From the NCBI RefSeq assembly GCF_009914755.1, contig NC_060934.1: a stretch of DNA of 64,000 nt; one strand, written 5' to 3'. Below are positions 46,552 to 64,000 of this stretch, one piece after another. The notes below the pieces were generated by a model. That model searched no databases. It worked only from the letters and a program-made list of their open reading frames with translations, and was not told the DNA's origin. A program made the translations under genes and the position numbers. This DNA comes from the human T2T-CHM13v2.0 reference genome, Homo sapiens. Numbering within the stretch: position 1 is the first letter of the stretch; every line of letters begins with the position of its first letter.

Positions 46552-47542
46552 TGATTTTTGTATTTTCTGTAGAGACAGGCTTTCACCATGTTGCCCAGTC
46601 TGCTCTTGAACTCCTGGGCTCAAGCAATCCACCTGCCTTGGCCTCCCAAAGTGCTGAGATCTTATTTGAAATCTTTCAACTTTTTTGATATAGGCATTAC
46701 TTGAAATCTTTCTACTTTTTTGATATAGGCATTTATTGCTATAAACTTTCCTCTTAGTGCTGCTTCTGCTGTATCCCATAGATTTTTGCATGTTGTATTT
46801 CCATTTTCATCTGTTTCAAGATATTTTAAATTTTTCTCCTAATTTCTTCATGGACCCATTGGCTATTCAGGAGCATGTTGTTTAATTTCCATGTGTTTGT
46901 GTATTTTCCAAGGTTCTTGTTATTGATTTCTAATTTTATTCCATAGTGGTGAGAAAGATACTTGTTATGATGTCTACTTTTCTGAATTTGTTAAGACTTG
47001 TTTTGTGGCCTAAGATATAGTCTATGCTGGAGAATGTTCCATGTGCTATTGAGCAGAATGTCTATTCTGCAGCAGTTGAGTAAAATGCTCTGTGAATGTC
47101 AGCTAGGCCTATTTGAGCTAGTATATAGTTTAATGTTTCTTTATTATTTTCTGTCTGGATGATCTGTTTTACTGAGAGTGAGGTGTGGTGTTAGAGTCCC
47201 CTACTACTATTGCATTACAGTATATCTCTTCTTTTAGATCTATTAATGTTTGCTTTATATACTTTGGAGCTCCAATGTTGAGTGCAAAGATACTTATATC
47301 TTCTTGCTGAATTGACCCCTTTATCATTATATAGTAACCTTCTTTGCCTCTTTGACAGCCTTGATTCACAGTCTGTTTTATCTGATGTAAGTATAGCTAC
47401 TCCTGTTCTTTTTTGGTTTCCAGTTGCTTGGAATGTCTTTTTTCCACCCCTTAACTTCCAGTATTTTTATAAGTAAAGTAGGTTTCTTGTAGGCAGCATA
47501 TAATTTGGTCCCATTTTTGTATCCATTCAGCCACTCTATTCC

Positions 47543-47987
47543 TTTTTTTTGGGGGGGGTTCCCAAGTTTTATTCAAGAACTCATACCAAATATTCCAGAT
47601 AAATAAATTTTTATCTTCACCTTCCTCCTCTTCTTTTTCCAGGTTAATCTGGAATTAACGTCATTCATAATAACTCTTTTTGCTGTTAGCAACTACACAC
47701 AACAAATCACATAGATTATTCTTCAAATATTTTTTGGTGAGATATTTCAAATACCTTTTGGAAAAAGGTACCTCAGAAGTCACAGTGATCTTGCTGTTGC
47801 TCCTTTCGATGGTTATAATGCTACACCAAGATTCCCAGCTTTTCCATTCACTTTAATCCTCTCTTGCAAAAACTGCTCAAAATTGGCAGCATCTATGATT
47901 CCATTTTCTACAAGGTGGGTACAGTCAAGAGTGAACATCATAACCTGCTTCTTTTTTTGCCTCTCTTTGCCACAAGCTTTTTCACAG
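47543..47987 (-). pseudogene. RPL22: RPL22 processed pseudogene inserted in L1
   Basis: Minus strand gives [67 protein letters not shown]..; AATAAA at 47568-47573 (minus); A-tail; L1 text resumes on both sides. Confidence 0.92.
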
Positions 47988-48146
47988 CACTATGCCTCTT
48001 AATTGGAGAATTGAGTCCATTTACATTTAGTGTTATTATTGATACATAAAGACTTAACATTTTTTTAAATTGATACATAATTGATGTAGCTATTTTGGGG
48101 CGTTCATGTGATAATTTAATACATTCATATAATTTGTAAAGATTAA

Positions 48147-48564
<418 letters not shown>

Positions 48565-48624
48565 TAAACTAGTCACTTTACTGATATATCAAACACTAGG
48601 TCTTATTTCTTTCATCAAACCCTA

Positions 48625-48664
<40 letters not shown>

Positions 48665-48667
48665 TGA

Positions 48668-48862
<195 letters not shown>

Positions 48863-49341
48863 TAGCCAGGATGGTCTCAATCTCCTGACCTTGTGATCCA
48901 CCCACCTCGGCCTCCCAAAGTGCTGGGATTACAGGCTTGAGCCACCGTGCCCGGCCAAACCCTATATTTATAACCATTAATCAACTTCTCTTTATCTCCC
49001 CCATTCTGTACCCTTTCTGGCCTTTGGTAACTATCAATATACTCTCTATCTTAATGAGTTCCACTTTTTTTAGCTTCCACATATCAGTGAGAACATATGA
49101 TATTTGTCTTTCTGTGTTTGCCTTATTTCTCTTAACATGACCTGCAGTTCCATGCATCTTGCTGCAAATGACAGGATTTCCTTCTGTTTTAAAATCTGAA
49201 TAGTATTCCATTGTGTATATATGCCACGTTTTCCTCATCCATTCATCCATTGCTGGATGCTTAGGTTGATTCCATATCTTGGTTATTGTGATTAATGCTG
49301 CAGTCAACATTAGGAGTGCAGATATTTCCCTGACATACTGA

Positions 49342-50009
<668 letters not shown>

Positions 50010-50314
50010 TGATCGGCCCACCTCGGCCTCCCAGAGTGCTGGGATTACAGGTGTGAGCCACCGCGCCTGGCCCATTTTCTTTAGATATATACCCAAGTAG
50101 GGGGATTGCTGGGTCATATAGTAGTTCTATTTTTAATTTTTTGAGGAATCTCCATACTGTTTCCCATAATGGCTGTACTAATTTAAATTCCCACCAACAG
50201 TGTGTAAGGATTAGTGCTGGTGAGGATGTGGAGAAAACGATACTTCTGGGCATTTTTTCTTCTATTGAGACTAAAGTTGCAACTCTTAGTATTTTTTTTT
50301 ATACTACCCTTTAG

Positions 50315-50449
50315 GAAGGTGAAATTGTTGAAGTGGATGAAGAAACAGCAGCTATCTTGAAGAATTCAAGATTTGCTCAAGATTTTCTGATCAGACCAAT
50401 TGGAGAGAAGTTGCCAACATCTGGAGGCTGTTCTGCTTTGGAGTTAAAG
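50315..50449 (+). CDS. AS3MT: AS3MT exon 10
   Basis: ttag|GAA GGT GAA...TTA AAG|gttag; EGEIVEVDEETAAILKNSRFAQDFLIRPIGEKLPTSGGCSALELK. Confidence 0.96.
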
Positions 50450-50649
50450 GTTAGTTTGGCTTTCACTACCTGAGAGAACTATTTTATTTATTTATTTTTG
50501 AGATGGAGTCTCTCTCTGTCACCCAGACTGGAGTGCAGTGGTGTGATCTTGGCTCACTGCAACCTCCGCCTCCTGGGTTCAAGCAATTCTCCCTGCCTCA
50601 GCCTCCCGATTAGCTAAGATTACAGGCACCCACCACCACGCCCGGCTAA

Positions 50650-51112
<463 letters not shown>

Positions 51113-51119
51113 ATTATAC

Positions 51120-54858
<3,739 letters not shown>

Positions 54859-54989
54859 ATGTTTAACATCCTACAGTTATGACACCCTAATTTGAATTTA
54901 TACAGCTTAACTTCAATAACATACTAAAATTCTGCTCCTTTAAAGCTTGTTCTCAACTATTTTAGTTCTTTTTTTTTTTTTTCCATTGA

Positions 54990-55133
<144 letters not shown>

Positions 55134-55564
55134 TAATTTTTTGTATTTTTAGTAGAGGCGGGGTCTCATCATGTTGGCCAGCCTGGTCTCGAACTCCTGA
55201 CATCAGATGATCCACCAGCCTCGGCCTCCCAAAGTGCTGGGATTACAGGTGTGAACTACCACGCCCGGGTCTTTCTAGTTCTTGATATCACAAAATTATG
55301 TCTTTATTCATTTTGTGCCCCCAAAACGTAAACTAATAATTATTTTAAATGCATTGGTCTCTTAAATCATGTGGAAAACAAAAAGTAGAGTTACAAACCA
55401 TTGTTACAATAATACTAGCTTTGCCGGGTGTGGTGGCTTACGCCACCAGGTGATCCACCCACCTAGGTTGCCCAGCCTGGGCAACAAGAGCACAACTCCA
55501 TCTCAAAAAAACAAAAACAAATAAACAAAAAACCCCAATAATACCAGCTTTTTTTTTTTTTTGA

Positions 55565-55921
<357 letters not shown>

Positions 55922-56966
55922 TGAAACCGTGTCTGTACTAAAAATACAAAAATTAGCTGGGCACGGTGGCAAATGCCTATAATCCCAGTTACTTGGGGGG
56001 CTGAGGCAGGAGGATCGTTTTGAGCCCGGGATGTGGAGGCTGTAGTGAGCCGTGATCACAACACTGTACCCCAGCCTGGGCGACAGAGCAAGACCCTGCC
56101 TCAAAAAAAAAAAAAAAAAAGCACAAAGCTTTTTGAGAAATCACTTTCAAAAATGGTACATTTGTAGTTGGGGAAGGTTAATCGAACCTAAAATATAAGA
56201 ATCCTGGACCCCAAAACCTGGAGCCAGTATTACCAGCATGAATCTAACCCAAGCTCAGTATACAAGCCACCTGTAGAGCTAAAGAGTGATTTACTAGGCC
56301 GGGCACGGTGGCTTACGCCTGTAATCCCAGCACTTTGGGAGCCGAGGCGGGTGGATCACGAGGTCAGGAGTTCAAGACCAGCCTGGCCAAGATGGTGAAA
56401 CCCCGTCTCTACTAAAAATACAAAAAAAATTAGCCGGGCGTGGTGGCATGCGCCTGTAATCCCAGCTACTCCAGAGGCTGAGGCAGAGAATTGCTTAAAC
56501 CTGGAGGGGCGGAGGTTGCAGTGAGCCGAGATCGCGCCACTGCACTCCAGCTGGGGTGACAGAGTGAGACTCCATCTCAAAAAAAAAAAAAAAGAGTGAT
56601 TTACTTTCTTTGCTTTATTAAATTCTTCAGCACTCTGCTATTCTGACTCTTCTGTTGTTCGAAGAAGGTGATACTTTGGAAAGTAGACAGATTTGGCTTT
56701 TGAGTATTCAATCCATTAAACATTTCAAAAATATGTCACTGATATTTTGAAACTCCTGAGAGTTCATTGATAAGGAAAGCTGCTGGTGAGAATCAATATT
56801 TATTTTAAAAGGCTTTTATCATTCTAATTCTTCTAAAACCTGGTTTCCTAAATACTGATTATAAAAGCTATCAGAAGGCGTGGTGGCTCACGCCTGTAAT
56901 CCCAGCACTTTGGGGAGGCCGAGGCGGGTGGATCATGAGGTCAGGAGATCGAGACCATCCTGGCTA

Positions 56967-57276
<310 letters not shown>

Positions 57277-59423
57277 TCACCCAGGCTGGAGTGCAGTGGC
57301 ACGATCTTGGCTTACTCCTCCGCCTCCTGGGTTCAAACAATTCTCCTGCCTCAGCTTCCCGAGTAGCTGGGACTACAGGCACACGCCACCACGCCCGGCT
57401 CATTTTTTGTATTTTAATAGAGACGGGGTTTCACCGGGTTGCCCAGGCTGGTGGTGAACTCCTGAGCTCAGGCAATCCGCCCGCCTCGGCCTCCCAAAGT
57501 GCTGGGATGACAGGTGTGAGCCACTGTGCCCAGCCACTCTGGCTATTTTTTTTAAAAAAGGAGTTAAATGAGTTTGCTTCTGCAGATGACCATTTTCTTT
57601 CTGCGTAGCTGTCCTTGTTCTCCCTCCCAGTGTGCGTGCAACACATGTACAGGAGGTTCTTGACCTTAGATATAAATTGTAAAATTCCACATATTTGAAC
57701 TGGTTTATCCCAACATAAGGTCTCCTTTCTGCTTTATTTCAGCCTGCAGATGTGCCAATGTCTTTAGGTCAGTTTCAAGTTTTTGAAATGGGAATAAGTG
57801 ACACTGAAGGAAGATTTTAATAAATGAAACAGTTGTGTGACCTAGGAATATAACCTTGTGCTCTTAGGGAAGGACATTCTTATCTTTTTTTTTTTTTTCT
57901 TAACGGAAGACCTTTATGATAAACGCTGGAGTACAGACAGTACACGCAGCTGGCATGCAGGGTATTGCATATACTTAACATCTTGAGAGTCCTTCTGCTT
58001 TTTCTTCATCTTCTTTTTAATCCTGATATGCAAAATGTATTTTGCCATTAAAACAATTGTACTATTAAAACACTGCAGCATCTGGCTGGGCGTGGTGGCT
58101 CACACCTGTAATCCCAGCATTTTGGGAGGCTGAGGCGGGTGGATCACTTGAGGTCAGGAGTTCAACAGCAGCCTGTCTAACATGGTGAAACCCCCTCTCT
58201 ACTAAAAATACAAAAATTAGCTGGGTGTGGTGGCGGGTGCCTGTAATCCCAGCTTTTTGGAAGACTGAGGCAGGAGGATCACCTGGGAGGCAGAGGTTGC
58301 AGTGAGCCAAGATCGTGCCACTGCACTCCAGCCTCGGCGACAAAGGGAGACTCCCTCTCAAAAACAAAAAAACAACAAAACACTGCAGCATCTGAAATGA
58401 TGCAAACAGGATTAGGGCTATGGACTGTCTTAATAGTAATGGTAGTAATAGCATTAACAACCATAGCAGTAATATAGAGGAATTAACTTTTATTGAATAG
58501 TTAATATGTTTAAGGCACCCTGTCATTTAGTCCTCACAATCACCCCTATTATCTTCATTTGACAGATGGAGAGACTGAGGCTCTGAAAGATTCATTTACA
58601 AATCCAAAGTCATACAGCTAGAAAGTGGTGAATTTGCACCCACATCTGATTCTGGAGCTGGCACTCTAAACCAGTGTGCTGCTCCATCTCTCCATAGTTG
58701 TACTTCTCATAGAATCACAGGATGTTGGTGCAGGAAAGGACTGCTTATATCTGGGTACCCCACCTTTCATTTCCTTCAAGTCTTGAGATCTTTTTGAACT
58801 AGAAGCATGCATTTAGAAGTGATATTGATATCACCATCTCCTGTTGGTAGATAGATCATTGAGTGGAAAGAAGAGGGTTCAAGGGATTCTCCCACCTCAG
58901 CCTCATAGTAGCCACCACGCCCAACTAATTTTTATATTTTCAGTAGAGACGGGGTTTCATCATGTTGGCCAGGCTGGTCTCGAACTCCTGACCTCAGGTG
59001 ATCCACTGCCTTGGCCTCCCAGAGTGCTGGGATTACTCCCAGAGTACATGAGCCACCGCACCAGGCCAGGGCAAACCCTTTCAAGCAGGAGTTCCAGTAT
59101 ACTGAGAGATGGAAATGCAATTGATGTGAAGTCCTAGCAGTAGCAACCAGCAGAGCTGGCCTTCTTCCAGGCTTGGAGATCCTCTGCCAGATGCTCATCT
59201 TACCAGATGCAGGCAGACCTCTTCATTTCAGAAAGGTAGACACTGAGGGACAGAGAGACCAAGGCCAGCAGGAAGTCAGTCACTTTAGTAAAGGGTCCAC
59301 CAGTCTATCAGTTTCATGAATGTAGAGTCTGTGCCTGCCTTGTACACCCCTCTATTTGCAGTGACCAGAATAAGTAGTAGGACTGTAAATTTATGTTATA
59401 ATGAATTCATTACCATTATTTAA

Positions 59424-59615
<192 letters not shown>

Positions 59616-60362
59616 TAGTAGAGATGGGATTTTGCCATATTGCCCAGGCTTGTCTCAAACTCCTGGCCTCAGGTGATCCATTGGCCTCGGCCTCTCAAAG
59701 TGCTGGGATTACAGGCGTGAGCCACCGTGCCCAGACCCTGTGCTCTTGATTTCCTATCTTTGTACTTGGCTTTTCTCTGGCCCCACTGGTACTATTGTTA
59801 GAGGTATCTCATTTGGAGGTGAAAGGAGGGGAAATAAATACAGCAGTCTTGTCTTTTAAATAAATACAGCAGTCTTATGTTACTCTACTCTGAGATCTGT
59901 CTGGCCATTGTTGGCAATTTCATCTGAGCATCAGCAATTGCTAGTGACAGCCCTACATCTGGGACTCACTTTCCTGTTTGGTATAAATGTTTCTGGAGAT
60001 TAGAATAAGGGAAGAGAAGTCGTTTTAGCATTTCCGTATCTCAGTTCCAAAGAGGTTTAAAAGGCACGTGCAAATGACAACCCCACAAAACAAAATCAAC
60101 TGAGCAAAAATCAATGCTCTGCCCAAGAGGGACCATCTTTAAGAAGCTTTAAGTGAAGTTTACCTTGAAAGTTGTAATTAGAAGCTTCAGGAAGCAAGTG
60201 CCTTTATGGCAGAATGACTGATGTTACTCCCAGGATCTCATGGAATTGTAAAATTTTATCTCTGTTCTGTGTAAGTCAACCTAAATCAAACAGAAATATT
60301 AGTGTTTGGGTACATCAAAACACCTTTAACTTGTCCTTTCATTTTGGTTTGCCTTTTGACAG

Positions 60363-60470
60363 GATATAATCACAGATCCATTTAAGCTTGCAGAAGAGTC
60401 TGACAGTATGAAGTCCAGATGTGTCCCTGATGCTGCTGGAGGCTGCTGTGGCACAAAGAAAAGCTGCTAA
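60363..60470 (+). CDS. AS3MT: AS3MT exon 11 coding part, stop TAA 60468-60470
   Basis: acag|GAT ATA ATC...AGC TGC TAA; [35 protein letters not shown]. Joined CDS is 375 aa. Confidence 0.97.
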   Translation, partial: DIITDPFKLAEESDSMKSRCVPDAAGGCCGTKKSC

Positions 60471-60571
60471 ATCTATAGCCAACCAGGGGACCACAGTAGT
60501 GGGCAAGAGTGATCTGCATGTTTTTTAACCTGCTTTTCCCCATAGCACAGACCATAAGAAACAACAAATGG

Positions 60572-61262
60572 GGCCGGGCACAGTGGCTCATGCCTATAAT
60601 CCCAGCACTTTGGGAGGCCGAGGCAGGCAGATCACCTGAGGTCAGGAGTTTGATACCAGCCTGGCCAACATGGTGAAATCCTGTCTCTACCAAAAATACA
60701 AAAAAAATTAGCTGGGCATGGTGGTGCACACCTATAGTCTCAGCTACTCGGGAGGCTGAGGCAGGAGAATTGCTTGAACCCAGGAAGTAGAGGCTGCAGT
60801 GAGTAAGCATCACGCCACTGTACTCCAGCCTGGGCAACAGAGCAAGACTCTGTCTCAAAAGCAAAAAAAAAAAAAAAAAAAGAAAGAAAGAAAAAGAAAA
60901 CAACAAATGGCAGAGAGCCACCATATTCCAAATCACTGAAAAAAATAAATGAATTATTTTTATTTATTTATTTATTTTTTTGAGATGGAGTCTCGGTCTG
61001 TTGCCCAGGCTGAAGTGCAGTGGCCCCATCTCAACTCACTGCAAGCTCCACCTCCTGGGTTCACGCCATTCTCCTGCCTCAGACTCCCAAGTAGCTGGGA
61101 CTACAGGCACCTACCACCATGCCCAGCTAATTTTTTGTATTTTTAGTAGAGACGGGGTTTCACCATGTTAGCCAGGATGGTCTTGATCTCCTGACCTCGT
61201 GATCCGCCCGCCTCGGCCTCCCAAAGTGCTGGGATTACAAGCATGAGCCACTGCGCCCGGCC
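60572..61262. mobile_element. Two full-length Alus in opposite orientation in the AS3MT 3'UTR
   Basis: Plus Alu ~60572-60900 (TSD AAACAACAAATGG); minus Alu ~60958-61262 (TSD ATAAATGAATTATTTTT). Confidence 0.92.
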
Positions 61263-61643
61263 ATAAATGAATTATTTTTAAGAGGCATTGATTAAAGATT
61301 CACAGCAAATCACTAGTTAAGCAGATTTTTTTTCTATTTCCTACTTCAAAGTTCTGGTGCCACATAGTGGTCAGAAATGGAACAGAGAAGCTGTCTTAAG
61401 CCTTGTTCAAGAAGCAGGAAAGGCATCAGAAGAAGTAACAGTTGGCAGAGGGTCTCAGGAAAAACATCTTCCTTCTGATCTTTTGCATAGCACCTTTTGG
61501 AATTTTCATCATGTTTGCTTATTAAACAAAGCTCCTACTGCCATCATACTAATCATGCAAAAAGATTGCCAAATCATGTTTGGTAGGAGGACTTTTGAGG
61601 TAGCTTTTGAACAAATGTTTTTTTCTTTTTTCTTTTTTTTTGC

Positions 61644-61649
61644 AATAAA
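61644..61649 (+). terminator. AS3MT: AS3MT distal polyadenylation signal AATAAA
   Basis: AATAAA after a U-rich tract at the end of the unique 3'UTR segment. Confidence 0.65.
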
Positions 61650-61746
61650 GAAAACAAATTAATCATAAACATCTTTGAATCAAGTATCTCAAGAAAACAA
61701 ATGAATCATAAGTATCTCACCCTAATGACTGATGACATAGTGATTA

Positions 61747-62363
<617 letters not shown>

Positions 62364-63282
62364 TTATAAGGTGTCCTGGTTAAACTTTTAGCAAAATGAT
62401 AGATTCAGTTTTTCCATAGTTAAAGAAGAATATTAAGAACATTAAAGAAAGGTTCAAGGATGGTAAATAATTTGAATTCCAGCTGTACTTGAAGACTTTA
62501 TTGGAGGACACAGAAAGGTATAAGTGATGGTCATTATCATCAGGAGCTGGATAATTCAGTTTTTAAATAACAGCCTTCAGGCTGGGCGCGGTGGCTCACA
62601 CCTGTAATCCCAGCACTTTGGGTGGCCGAGGTGGGTGTATTGCTTGAGTTCAGGAGTTCGAGACCAGCCTGGACAACATGGTGAAACCCTATCGCTACTA
62701 AAAATTCAAAAAATTAGCTGGGTGTGGTGGTGCACGCCTGCAATCCCAGCTACTCGAGGCTGAGGCACGAGAATTGCTTGAACCCAGGGGATGGAGGTTC
62801 CAGTGACCCGAGATTGCGCCACTGCACTCCAGGCTGGGTAATAGGGCGAGACTCCGTCTCAAAAACAATAAATACAAATAAATAAATAAATAGCCTTCAA
62901 CCAATCAAGGGTTTTGATAAGATGTCAACCAGTTGCCCTGGGCTCAGTACAAAAACAACCAGGGGCATGGCATGGTCCAGGGGATTTCGGACTAGGGGTT
63001 TGAGAATTTTAAGGCATGTAAAACATTGGAATGGATTCCGTAGGATAGACTTCTGTTTTAAGAAAGCTGTTTAATATGGAGAAATTCTCAAATTTTTGAG
63101 TAGGTTCAGCTATAGAGCCTAACTTACTATTACAGACAGAGGAAAGAACTAGGTAGTATTTTTTTAAGCCCTATTCACCTCCATGACCTTAATTTTAAAC
63201 ATGCTTGCTTGGTTCTAGGGTGCCGTATCTATCTAGTCGTAACCTACTTTAATGTGAAAATGGTACATTACAGCATTAGCTA

Positions 63283-63543
<261 letters not shown>

Positions 63544-63805
63544 TCAGGTGGCTGAGGCACAAGACTCGGCTGAGCCTGGGAAGTGGAGGTTGCAGTGAGC
63601 CTGGGAAGTGGAGGTTGCAGTGAGCCGAGATCACACCACTGCACTCCAACTTGGGTGGCAGAGCGAGACTCTGTCTCAGAAAAAAAAAAGGGGGGGGGTG
63701 TTTTGTTTATTTGGTTTATTGGGCTTTTTGGCATTTACAAGGAGAGGGTATTAGCTTTTTACTTGTCCTTCTGAACTCTCAGTTCCCCAAAAAGATGTTG
63801 AGTAA

Positions 63806-64000
<195 letters not shown>

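Noticed and set aside
63571-63620. 25-bp tandem duplication in an Alu (and a ~35-bp one in L1 at ~46663-46730)
   Set aside because: Ordinary microhomology slippage within repeats, with no sign of function.

Overview
Mammalian, Alu-dense genomic DNA that I recognise as the human BORCS7 (C10orf32) - AS3MT locus (10q24.32). From left to right it holds: (i) a minus-strand HERV-K11/HML-8 provirus (MER11 5' LTR, degenerate Lys PBS, broken gag, large pro/pol deletion, env running off the window) inserted inside a PFN1 processed pseudogene, which is fused head-to-head to a 5'-truncated PTGES3 processed pseudogene; (ii) the complete 5-exon BORCS7 gene (106 aa); (iii) a U6 retrocopy; (iv) the complete 11-exon AS3MT gene (375 aa). 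The AS3MT ATG is split by intron 1, and its exon-1 donor lies inside a 3 x 36 bp VNTR. AS3MT introns carry an unidentified 3'UTR-like retrocopy, a near-perfect AluYa5, an RPL22 retrocopy nested in L1, and MER50/MER4 ERV remnants; its 3'UTR has an inverted Alu pair. All exon boundaries were checked by hand for GT-AG and phase. Most notable observation: splicing the donor 8 nt after the BORCS7 stop codon to AS3MT exon 2 creates TAG-A-ATG-ACA-TTG-GCT..., a new ATG in frame with the whole AS3MT ORF, i.e. a possible stop-restart bicistronic read-through mRNA. Repeat subfamily names are from recall of consensus sequences and need RepeatMasker/Dfam confirmation. Most ORFs in the supplied track are Alu artefacts.
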